Assembly (NCBI GenBank): GCA_963768215.1 | Contig: CAVYHW010000111.1 | Location: 1 to 62,972 of the forward strand | Source of the DNA: an uncultured Gammaproteobacteria bacterium | Lineage (GTDB): Bacteria > Pseudomonadota > Gammaproteobacteria > SZUA-229 | Length of the DNA: 62,972 bases | Reading direction: 5' to 3' | Part shown: positions 21,088 to 30,400 of the stretch, piece after piece | Layout of the letters: each line of letters opens with the position of its first letter | How positions within the stretch are numbered: position 1 is the stretch's first letter | Translations under genes and position numbers: made by a program | Notes under the pieces: generated by a model | What the model saw: the letters and a program-made list of their open reading frames with translations, nothing else | The model's database searches: none | What the model was told of the DNA's origin: nothing

Positions 21088-22152
21088 TTATTTAAGTGGT
21101 ACCGTACTCGGCGGAATTGTCACTTTGTTCTGAGAAGCAGCGTCCTGTTGCGGCGCCTGTCTTGCTCTATTAACCGGTTGTGACTGCCCAGATGACTGCA
21201 TGGGTGGCCGTGCGTAGTTCTGATAGCCCCCCTGGTTCGGATTATAAGACGGCCAAACAGGTTGTGGCGGTGTAGGTGGTGGAACATTTGTATCTGAGCT
21301 AAACGGCATTATATCATTCATCATACCGAATGGCCCGCTGGAAACCGTGCGGTTCATACCATGCATGTCACGTTGCATGCCATATACAGAGCGATTCATG
21401 CTGCCAATATTACGTGTCATGCTCTGAATATTATTACTCATAGGCGTCAGGCTATTCATTTGACCAGACATGGAAACGATTTCAGTGGTCATGCCATCAA
21501 TATTACCTGTCATATTATCAATACTGCCTGTCATCGCTTTCAGGTCTTTTGTCATACGAGGCATCGAATCAGACACGATTACAGCCATACGTGTTACTGA
21601 TTGTGACAACGTAGAAATATCATGCGTTAACCGATAAATCAGGAAGAAGCCGTATCCAGCTAGTAATACAAAAGCAAATAATGAAGGATAAACCACCATT
21701 TCCCACCGTTTGGCGCTACTGTCAAAAGTATTCGCTAATCGTTCTAGCGGGTCAGTCGGCTTATCACTGACATAAGATTCCTCCAGTATTTTTTTCTGGG
21801 CACGCTGTTTTGCTTCATGAGCGCGTGCTTTTAGCTCTTCAACACTTTGTTTTGTTTTGATCGAATCATCAGCTGTTTTTTTGCCCTCTGCACTTATTTT
21901 TTTTGCCGCCGCTATCATGTCAGAGTCTTTCGAAGCTCCAGCTTTCTCGATTGCAGCGATTCCATCCTTTGTAACCGTACCTTTAGTAATTTCTGCAGAT
22001 TTAGCCGCAGGTTTTGCGGTCGGCTTAGCTGCAGGTTTTGCAGTTGATTGCTTTATTCCAGCACTGCTCTCAGACGTATTTTTTGCTGCGGAAGTTTTAC
22101 CCGTAGACTGTGGTTTATCAGTTTTTTTATCGTCTGATTTACTATCCGTCAT
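21088..22152 (-). CDS. Single-TM protein with Met-rich heptad coiled coil and Pro/Gln-rich tail
   Basis: Lys/Ala-rich N-terminus (AKPAAKPTAKPAAK), TM YPSLFAFVLLAGYGFFLIY, then Met roughly every 7 residues. Confidence 0.8.
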   Translation of the reverse strand: MTDSKSDDKKTDKPQSTGKTSAAKNTSESSAGIKQSTAKPAAKPTAKPAAKSAEITKGTVTKDGIAAIEKAGASKDSDMIAAAKKISAEGKKTADDSIKTKQSVEELKARAHEAKQRAQKKILEESYVSDKPTDPLERLANTFDSSAKRWEMVVYPSLFAFVLLAGYGFFLIYRLTHDISTLSQSVTRMAVIVSDSMPRMTKDLKAMTGSIDNMTGNIDGMTTEIVSMSGQMNSLTPMSNNIQSMTRNIGSMNRSVYGMQRDMHGMNRTVSSGPFGMMNDIMPFSSDTNVPPPTPPQPVWPSYNPNQGGYQNYARPPMQSSGQSQPVNRARQAPQQDAASQNKVTIPPSTVPLK

Positions 22153-22153
22153 C

Positions 22154-22744
22154 TCAAAAATCGCCTTCGGCGCCTCGGTTCATAATATCTAAAATAATTT
22201 CCTTAACACCTTCTGCCTCTTCCTTTAGTGCAGCTGGCAATGGTTTCCCGCCATATATCATGGCGTCCATATTTAACGAATATAACCAGAGTTTGCCCTG
22301 TTTATCTTCAACCATACTAATACGACAGGGTAAAAAAGCTGAATATGCATCACTGTAATCCAGCATCTGTAATGCGGTCAGTGCATTACAAAACATATAA
22401 ATTTTAAGATAGCGTGACTTTTCACCTGACATTGCTTCTATTTGGTCTGATAAAGGAAGTTCACCAACATTTTTAATGTTATGCTCATTGGCTACAAAAC
22501 GCATAGTTTCTTCCACATCTTTTACCGTCAGGTCGTTGTTTACCGCAACTTTCCAGACCATTGCTTCTGCCGCGTTACCGGTTTCAAGCACCTTCTCCAT
22601 CATTTCGCTATAAACATCAATCGCTTTTTCATCAAAAGATTCAAGCGCCTGTTTCATCGGGGCCATAGTAACGGCTGCATATATTGCAATAACAATGACA
22701 ATAAAACCTACTAAAGCAAATAAATTACGTAGTGCGTAAAACAT
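22154..22744 (-). CDS. DUF302-family membrane-anchored protein
   Basis: N-terminal TM; IYMFCNA...AFLPCRISMVED conserved Cys pair. Confidence 0.8.
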   Translation of the reverse strand: MFYALRNLFALVGFIVIVIAIYAAVTMAPMKQALESFDEKAIDVYSEMMEKVLETGNAAEAMVWKVAVNNDLTVKDVEETMRFVANEHNIKNVGELPLSDQIEAMSGEKSRYLKIYMFCNALTALQMLDYSDAYSAFLPCRISMVEDKQGKLWLYSLNMDAMIYGGKPLPAALKEEAEGVKEIILDIMNRGAEGDF

Positions 22745-22777
22745 ATATAAATACTCTAAAGTTTATGCCAAATAAGA

Positions 22778-23896
22778 TTATGACTGGGCTGAATCAAGTA
22801 ACCGCTGTAGTTCAATCGCTTTAGATTTATCCAGATGTCGTAACAAGCCCATCAAACTTCTTGCTCGATAAATTTGTCCTTTGTTTACAAGTATAGCTGC
22901 CGCTTCAAAATAAGCAGAAGCAGCCTGCTCGTTTTTACCCTGATTGAAATAAACATTACCAAGCTCGCCATAAGCATCAAAATTATTTTTTGTATTCTCA
23001 ATGACCTGCTGATAACTTTGTTCTGATAACTCGTAATTACGCTGATAAAAATACTTTCTTGCACTGATCCACTTTTCTCTTACAGCACCGGTTGGTTGAG
23101 ATACATCGATGAACTCCCCATGCTCATCTACATTGTTCAAGTGTTTTTCAACTTCAGCTGGAATGAATGTTTCATTTATATTGCCTGGTCCCACTGCCAC
23201 AACTGCAGTATTATCCAAACCTGTTTTATTCACAGTGAATAAATGTGGTGTCTTTATAACTGAGCTGCCTGCCTGGTTATGTGTTAGTTCAGTGTTACTT
23301 ATCTGTTTGAGTTCTTCTTTCGAATCAACAACACCGGCAGTGCCCTGCTTAACTGCTGTTTCATGTTGGGACGCTACATACCGGGGGGCTTCATTCTGAT
23401 TATAACTGCTGTTCGCCATCTTTTGTTCAGGCACGGGTTGCTCAGACATAGGTGGCTCTATCACAGCCTGTTCAGGCACAGGCTGTGGCTCAACAGGCTT
23501 AGTTACCACTTCAGCACTTGCCACAGCAGTGTTATTTTCAACGGCCACTTCCTCAACTGCCGCTTGCTCAACAGCCACTTCCTCAACAGCCCTGGATTCA
23601 GACTGTATTGATTCCGCCTGATAAGCACTATTAATATCAGTAGTTGTCACAACTGCTGTTTCTGAGCTGGAGGATTGCTGAACTGGTTTATGTTCCTGGC
23701 TCAATTTGGCCTGTTTGGCTTTTACTGCATCAACGAACTCTTTTACCTCCACAAACTCATCTGAGAGATAAGCTACCGCCTTTCCTGCCGGTGTATCTTC
23801 ACCCATCAAGTTACCCCAGAACATATAAGCATAAATTACAGCCACAATTAGCAGGATAAATAAAGAATGACTTAACAACCAACGTAGAATTTTCAT
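22778..23896 (-). CDS. Membrane-anchored protein with disordered linker and C-terminal TPR repeats
   Basis: N-terminal TM, Glu/Gln/Pro-rich linker, DAYGELGNVYFNQGKNEQAASAYFEA TPR consensus. Confidence 0.8.
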   Translation of the reverse strand: MKILRWLLSHSLFILLIVAVIYAYMFWGNLMGEDTPAGKAVAYLSDEFVEVKEFVDAVKAKQAKLSQEHKPVQQSSSSETAVVTTTDINSAYQAESIQSESRAVEEVAVEQAAVEEVAVENNTAVASAEVVTKPVEPQPVPEQAVIEPPMSEQPVPEQKMANSSYNQNEAPRYVASQHETAVKQGTAGVVDSKEELKQISNTELTHNQAGSSVIKTPHLFTVNKTGLDNTAVVAVGPGNINETFIPAEVEKHLNNVDEHGEFIDVSQPTGAVREKWISARKYFYQRNYELSEQSYQQVIENTKNNFDAYGELGNVYFNQGKNEQAASAYFEAAAILVNKGQIYRARSLMGLLRHLDKSKAIELQRLLDSAQS

Positions 23897-23962
23897 AAAA
23901 ACCTCTAATTTTGTATCATTTTCTTCTACAGGACACCCATATAATCACCAGCTAATACAGGC

Positions 23963-24592
23963 TTAGTCCAGTAAAGCGGCCAGTTTTTTCATTTCTTTTG
24001 AAGCCTTGCCCATGGGGTCAAGTTCAAAAACACCAAGACCTTCACTAAACGAACGACGATAAGCAGTGCGTTGATATAAACGAATATCCAGCGCCTTTAT
24101 TCCCTGCATCATTTGCCATGCCTGTTCTGCTTCATCCGTTTCACGCACACCGATATGCGTATCTGCACGATTAATAAAACCTAAAACCTCTGGTTTGTTA
24201 TCGTTATTTACAGAGTTTTTAATAATTTTTAAAAAACGTTGTGTCGACCAGATATCAGCCTGGCTGGGCTGAACTGGAATTAGTACACGGTCTGCCAGGT
24301 AAATCGCTTTTTCCATCGCTGGCATATTAGTAGCACTCATATCGACGATAATGGGTTGTTTACGTTTTTTATCTTTTGCCAGGGCTTCAAGTTCATCCAG
24401 GTCCGTTGAAACTTCAAATGTCGGCTCATATCCGTCTTCTATGCGAACTTCATTAACATCCAGCAGGGTGCATTGCGGATCAAGGTCAAATGCTTTTACT
24501 CCAGTTTTATCATGCGCTAACCAAACCGCCAGATTAAACGCAACTGTACTCTTACCTGTACCACCCTTTAAATTTCCGACGACTGTTAACAT
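23963..24592 (-). CDS. Orphan ParA/MinD-family ATPase (short, no N-terminal HTH)
   Basis: Deviant Walker A GNLKGGTGKST, DLDPQ, IIVD, ADRVLIPVQPS; 209 aa; no parB nearby. Confidence 0.9.
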   Translation of the reverse strand: MLTVVGNLKGGTGKSTVAFNLAVWLAHDKTGVKAFDLDPQCTLLDVNEVRIEDGYEPTFEVSTDLDELEALAKDKKRKQPIIVDMSATNMPAMEKAIYLADRVLIPVQPSQADIWSTQRFLKIIKNSVNNDNKPEVLGFINRADTHIGVRETDEAEQAWQMMQGIKALDIRLYQRTAYRRSFSEGLGVFELDPMGKASKEMKKLAALLD

Positions 24593-24699
24593 AAAAACTT
24601 ACCCACTAACTGAGAGTTTATAACCTGTTTCTTACCCATATTATTTAACCCCAATCAAACTTACAAGCCCAAACATACATGCCCAAACATACGGCTCTG

Positions 24700-25494
24700 T
24701 TAATTATTACCCGCTAATTGACCTTTCTGATGCTCATTCGGTTGCTGCACTGGTTCCAACGAAGTATCAAATAATGTGTAATTTTCAGGTACAGTAAACA
24801 ATTTCCTGTCCACTTTACCTACTTTAATATTTTGCAGCTCATCCACCACATTATCTTGATATTCCTGTTTAATAACAATATCCAGCTCGTTATCATACCA
24901 TTGTGTACCCTGTAGCCGTTCACCTGAAGCACTAAATGCAATCATAGTCAGCTTTCTTACCTTGCGGCCATTCATTTCCTGATCTTCCTTTATAAAGACA
25001 CTTAATCCCGTACCATCAGAATTTTCCTGTCTCAAGATATTTTTATACTTAACATCTATCCATTGAAATACATGGAAGTCATTGCCATTGCTGTTAAGTG
25101 TAATCAACCATTTCTCGGCATCTCTACCGTTCATTTTTGTTTTCTTAAGAAAAACACATTCAGCATTAACAAACTGTTTACAGGGGTCTGTTGTTATATT
25201 ATTTTTGCTGTCCGCGATTATTTTCTCACTTTCCGGCATTTCCTTTTCCAGATACAGTTTATTCTCATTATCTAACCAGATAATCTTGTTATTTTTATTA
25301 TCAAAGATCTGTGCCATTGGCACACCATCTTCGGTGTATTCAAACCTTACATTACCATCTAACCACTGCATCCTGGCATAACTGACATTCTCACCACGAA
25401 TCTGCACTGCATCTGCGGTAAATGACGCCGCATGAAGCACTTCAATACAAGCTGAAAACAACAGTATACAAATTGTCAGAAAAGGTTTCATCAT
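24700..25494 (-). CDS. Secreted LolA-like/DUF4412-type beta-sheet protein
   Basis: Signal peptide, FTADAVQ...VRFEY, duplicated MNGR..KW-type motif, DRKLFTVPENY C-terminal motif. Confidence 0.65.
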   Translation of the reverse strand: MMKPFLTICILLFSACIEVLHAASFTADAVQIRGENVSYARMQWLDGNVRFEYTEDGVPMAQIFDNKNNKIIWLDNENKLYLEKEMPESEKIIADSKNNITTDPCKQFVNAECVFLKKTKMNGRDAEKWLITLNSNGNDFHVFQWIDVKYKNILRQENSDGTGLSVFIKEDQEMNGRKVRKLTMIAFSASGERLQGTQWYDNELDIVIKQEYQDNVVDELQNIKVGKVDRKLFTVPENYTLFDTSLEPVQQPNEHQKGQLAGNN

Positions 25495-25505
25495 GTTTTA
25501 GATAG

Positions 25506-25537
25506 AAAAAGGCGGCGCCGGATGAACGGCACCGCCC
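25506..25537 (-). terminator. Rho-independent terminator after the sgp-like gene
   Basis: Minus strand GGCGGTGCCG-ttcatc-CGGCGCCGCC-TTTTT, about 14 nt after the stop. Confidence 0.8.
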
Positions 25538-25550
25538 ATTGTAGCAACTC

Positions 25551-26012
25551 TTATCGTGCTGCAGGTGCTGCAGGTGCTGCTGATGCTGCTGGTGCTGGCG
25601 CATAACCTGGACCAGGACCATAATATGGACGACCATAATAACCACGGTTATAACGATTGTTATTGTCCCAACGGTTGCTATTATCCCAACGGTTGCTATT
25701 GTTCCAGTTATTATTACCACGGTATGAGTTACGGCCGTCACCACGGCCACGGCCACTTCCTCTACCACTCATGCCAAAGTTAAAGTTACCGTCTACGTCA
25801 CCAGAACCATCACCAGAACCGTCGCCATAACCGGAACCATCATTACGCCAGTCATTACGCCAGTCATTGTTCCAGTCATTACTGTTATTCCAGTTATTTC
25901 TACTGTTATTGTTATTGTCCCATGGCATATCGAAGTCTGCGCTTGCCGACAAAGGTGCTATTGCAAAACCTAATGCTGAAGTTAAAACAGCAATTTTTAT
26001 CATTGATTTCAT
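25551..26012 (-). CDS. Sulfur globule envelope protein, SgpA/SgpB (CV1/CV2)-like
   Basis: Sec signal ending SASA; GDGSGDVDGNFNFGMSGRGSGRGRG core resembles, from memory, the [21 protein letters not shown] core of Chromatiaceae SgpA; Gly/Tyr/Pro block and Ala/Pro tail; soeABC in the same window. Confidence 0.72.
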   Translation of the reverse strand: MKSMIKIAVLTSALGFAIAPLSASADFDMPWDNNNNSRNNWNNSNDWNNDWRNDWRNDGSGYGDGSGDGSGDVDGNFNFGMSGRGSGRGRGDGRNSYRGNNNWNNSNRWDNSNRWDNNNRYNRGYYGRPYYGPGPGYAPAPAASAAPAAPAAR

Positions 26013-26228
26013 TATGATGTTACCTATCTACACCCCTCGTTAATATATGGCATTGAATCGAGGGAGATACCCAACACCAGGTTACTGTGAAGTCATCAAC
26101 TTTACAGCGATGAACCTCACACTATACGCCAGTTAATAAATAGAAGCTATTTCTTAATACAGCGCTTTTACTCGCTTCCATTTACTTATATTTAAACGGA
26201 ATAAAATTTATTTTTTGCCTTCTGTGGT

Positions 26229-26783
26229 TTACCAGTCACCCAGACCAATGTCCCAGGGTGACCATGGTGTCACAACTGGCGCATCATATAAAGGGTCCAT
26301 ATAATCCATTCCGTATGAAGGATAACCCAAAGTGCCTGACCCGGGTGAAGCTGACCCAGGTGAACCTGATTGCATTTGTTGCGGCGCGTATTTTCGTGGT
26401 GCAACCCCGTAGTAGCGGTTATTTTCTGGCATAACCTGGTGCTGTGACTGTTGCTGCTTCAATGACTCAAGAAACTCATCTGTAACAAAACGATTATTCT
26501 GGTAAGTTCTATTTTGAGTTGAGCGGGGCTGATTATGTCTGTTTTCAGTAGCTCCCTGGTACTGCGACCCCTGATATCGCTGGTTTTCATATTCCATCGG
26601 TTGCTCAAAACCGGGATGGTTTTCAGGCGTTTGAGGTATTGCCCAGGGGTTATACTGTCCACCAGTCAGTTGCAATGAATACGGCTGAGTATTACTGTCT
26701 GCCAGCGCTGTTAAAAAAATCATCATAAGCCAACTAAACACCCAGCTTAAGACGATTTTTTTGTAGATTATACGACCTTGCAT
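26229..26783 (-). CDS. Secreted low-complexity Gln/Pro/Tyr-rich protein
   Basis: Signal-like N-terminus ending TALA; YNPWAIP; C-terminal PWSPWDIGLGDW. Confidence 0.7.
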   Translation of the reverse strand: MQGRIIYKKIVLSWVFSWLMMIFLTALADSNTQPYSLQLTGGQYNPWAIPQTPENHPGFEQPMEYENQRYQGSQYQGATENRHNQPRSTQNRTYQNNRFVTDEFLESLKQQQSQHQVMPENNRYYGVAPRKYAPQQMQSGSPGSASPGSGTLGYPSYGMDYMDPLYDAPVVTPWSPWDIGLGDW

Positions 26784-26873
26784 TAGTCACACCCAGAAAT
26801 ATCAAATTACAATTTATACAGTATATTAATAAATCATAATATTGGCAACATAATGCAGTATTCAACAGGTTCC

Positions 26874-27458
26874 TCAGTATGCAGCTCCTTGAGTTACAGG
26901 ATTGTAGCGTACAGACTCGTTTCCGGGCCAGCTCATAACAGGACGTCTTTTGTATCCATAGTAATTATTTGATGACGACTTAGATGGCATTGCCTGATAA
27001 GGCTTCTTCTCAGTAGGCGGCTCTATAAAACGATAGCCACTATCAGGCCGCCACCGCGCTGGAGATTTAGCCTGGCTCGGCCATGGAATGTCCGGGCTAA
27101 ATTTATCCATCGGAATGTCAGGTGAATCAGTCCTGCTTGCATACCCGTCCCAATCACGATCAAAAGTAGAATCTTTAAAAGTAAAATCACTTAATGCAGA
27201 TGACATATAAGGCCCCGGTGGTGGCAGCGGTATTCTTTCCCTGTTTATCTGCCTGCTTTGTGGCCATCGTGGAAAACTAAATGCTCGCTGTTTATCTTCA
27301 CTAGCTGAAGTTACGGCTGCCTCTGCCTCATTTGCAGTCACTTCAGCATCTGAAGCCTGGGCAGGCATAGGCATCATCAATAAAACCAGAAAACCTGCTA
27401 GAAAACCCACCAGATAATTTAAATTTGTGAAGATATTGAACTCTTTTTTATAAAACAT
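26874..27458 (-). CDS. Secreted Pro-rich protein
   Basis: Signal-like N-terminus ending PAQA; FPRWP, PLPPPGPYMSSALS, IPWP, MSWP. Confidence 0.7.
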   Translation of the reverse strand: MFYKKEFNIFTNLNYLVGFLAGFLVLLMMPMPAQASDAEVTANEAEAAVTSASEDKQRAFSFPRWPQSRQINRERIPLPPPGPYMSSALSDFTFKDSTFDRDWDGYASRTDSPDIPMDKFSPDIPWPSQAKSPARWRPDSGYRFIEPPTEKKPYQAMPSKSSSNNYYGYKRRPVMSWPGNESVRYNPVTQGAAY

Positions 27459-27471
27459 TTATGGGTCCTCT

Positions 27472-30400
27472 TTAAACATCACCTTCATTTTTCAGTCGAA
27501 TTCCTCGATGCTTACCCTTACCTGGAGAATATTTTTTCGATGGTGCTTTCTTTATTACTGCCTTTTTAACCGCTGGCGCCTTCGTTGACTCTTCCTTAGC
27601 AGCCTCCTTTTTAGACTTTTCTTTTGCCTTTGCTTCTTTGGCTGCTGCCTCTTTTGCTGCTGCTTGTTTGGTTGCGGCCTCTTTAGCTGCGGCCTCTTTA
27701 GCTGTTGCTTTTTTGGCTGCTGCTTGTTTGGCTGCTGCTTGTTTGGCTGCTGCTTCTTTGGCTGCTGCTTCTTTGGCTGCTGCTTCTTTGGCTGCTGCTT
27801 CTTTGGCTGCTGCTTCTTTGGCTGCTGCTTGTTTGGCTGCTGCTTCTTTGGCTGCTGCTTGTTTGGCTGCTGCTTTTTTGGCTGCTGCTTCTTTGGCTGC
27901 TGCTTGTTTGGCTGCTGCTTCTTTGGCTGCTGCTTCTTTGGCTGCTGCTTCTTTGGCTGCTGCTTCTTTGGCTGCTGCTTGTTTGGCTGCTGCTTGTTTG
28001 GCTGCTGCTTGTTTGGCTGCTGCTTTTTTGGCTGCTGCTTCTTTGGCTGCTGCTTCTTTGGCTGCTGCTTCTTTGGTGTTCGCTTTTGATACAACCTTTT
28101 TCTTAGCAACTTTCTTTGCTATAACTTTCTTTTTTGGAGCCGGTGCTGCTTTCTTCTTTACTGTAGCTTTTTTAGTAGCCGCCCCTTCCTCCGTTGTCCT
28201 GTTAGCAGATGTCCCGGGGTCTGACGGTGCCGCAGGAGATGTTGATGGCGACTGTGATGATGGAGCTGATGATGTCGGAGGTGTCGATGGAGCCGCCGGT
28301 GGTGCTGATGGTGGTGGCCCAGAATCATTTGATCCAAACATACCAGCAACCATACCAAACAGCATTCGTAATACATTAAATAACATTTGGCCGATAACAA
28401 CTATCCAGCCAACTAAACCAACGATGAAACCATATAGTTTCATCCATAGTGGTGTTTTATATTCATCAACAGCAGCAGCTGCATTCGCCTGCTCATACTC
28501 TAGACCTTCAACTTCAGCAAACCTTGAACTAATCGACCTTTCACACGAATCTGTGGTTTCATAATAGAAATTTTCACGGCAGCTAATACAGCCCAGGGGA
28601 ATAACGATTACTGCCATTATAGTGCCAACCCCGGCACCCCATAAAAGGCTGATGGCCATACCATTAAAAATAGGATCGTCAAGAATAGCAAAAGCACCAG
28701 CCATCAATGTCAGCGAGGTAATAAAAATCGGACGCATACGAATTTCGGCGCCATTGACTGCAGCTTCTTTCACCGGAATGCCTTTTGCCACTTCGATTTT
28801 TACAAACTCAACGATCAGAATAGACTGGCGCACAATAATACCGCCCAGTGCAATCATGCCGATCATTGATGTTGCGGTAAATTCAGCACCGTGAATCCAG
28901 TGGCCGGGCACAATACCAATCATGGTAAGTGGAATTGGCGACATGATCAGACCGGCCAGAGCAAAATCACGGAACTCCCATACAATCAAACCGTAAATCA
29001 GCACCAGCGCCGCCATGAACGCAAGCCCCATGTCACGGAAGGTTTCGAAGGTTACCGTCCATTCACCTGTCCATTCAAAACCGGAGTGTAGATCACTGTT
29101 CGGTGGACCAATAAGGTTCATCGGCATGCCACCCATAATGACACCATCCGGCGTGGTGTATTCATCGGTAAATGCTTCAACGTTGAACATACCGTAAATC
29201 GGCGCACCCAGACGGCCTTCCATTTCACCGACGACAAATTCAACATCACGCAGGTCTTTGTGCCAGATAATAGGTTCTTCGTCTTCAAGAATAAAACGGC
29301 CGAGCTCACCCAGCGGAACAATGCTGCCATCAGACGTCACCATCGGCAGGTTACTCAGCTGGTTGACCTGTGAACGCGTTGCCATTGGCACCTGGATCAC
29401 AATATAGGTCGGTTCAATGACCGAGGCACGTTTCACGTCACCCAGTTTGAAGCCGCCCATCGCCATCGCCAGGGTACCGTTGATGCTATCGACAGAAACG
29501 CCGCGACGTATTGCCTTTTCCCTATTAACTTCAAAACGCCAGTGCTGAGAAGGTTCAGTCATGTAGTTATCAACATCCACTACACCTCCGGCCTGCTCAA
29601 AAAATTCTGTCATTTTCGCTGCAACTTCACGCCTTGTCTCTGCGTCAGGGCCATGAATTTCAGCAACCACTGTCTGCAGCACCGGTGGGCCAGGTGGCAT
29701 TTCAACAACAGCAATACGTGCACCCGCCTTATCAGCAATCGGCTTTAACATTTTGCGCGCCGCCTCGGCAATCTGATGACTGCTCTTTTCACGTTCATCT
29801 TTACCTTTCAGCATGACCAGTAAATCACCATGCCAGGGTTGCTGCCTGAGATAATAGTGCCTGACCATGCCGTTAAAATTAAATGGCTGTGCAGTTCCTG
29901 CATAACTTTGTACCGCTTCCACTTCAGGCAACTGATTAATCGTCGTTGCCAGCTCATTAGCCAGATTGGCAGTAACAGGCATTGCGGTTCCTTCCGGCAT
30001 ATTAATAATCACACTGAATTCAGGCTTGTTATCAAAAGGTAGCATTTTCACTGCAACCCATTGTGTCGGGTAAAACAGCAACATGGTCATCGCTGTAATT
30101 GCGATAATGGAAATCAGAAATATAATACCCAGCTTGCGACTATTCACCAGTGGCATAATGAGTGGACGATACAGGGCAGCGACAAATTTACGCGTTTTTT
30201 CTTCTCGTCTCTCAGCTTTCTCGAGAGCTTTTAGCTGCGGACGCATGCGAACAGCAAACCACGGGGTAAAGATAAAAGCGGCTATCAACGAGAAAAACAT
30301 GGCAGATGCGCCCATCACCGGAATCGGGCGCATATAAGGCCCCATCATACCACTCACCCAGCCCATGGGCAGCAATGCCGCAATAATGGTAAAGGTAGCC

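Noticed and set aside
24667-24692. Duplicated gcccaaacatac upstream of parA as a possible parS/centromere
   Set aside because: Only two copies, no ParB or ribbon-helix-helix partner seen; likely a slippage duplication
27625-28074. Possible CRISPR array
   Set aside because: Contiguous 15-bp units without unique spacers, in frame within a CDS; no cas genes
27555-28564. Alternative-frame ORFs with KKQQP, GCCFF, WLLLL and AAASL repeats
   Set aside because: Shadow frames of the stop-free 15-bp repeat inside the RND gene; no independent RBS or non-repeat domain
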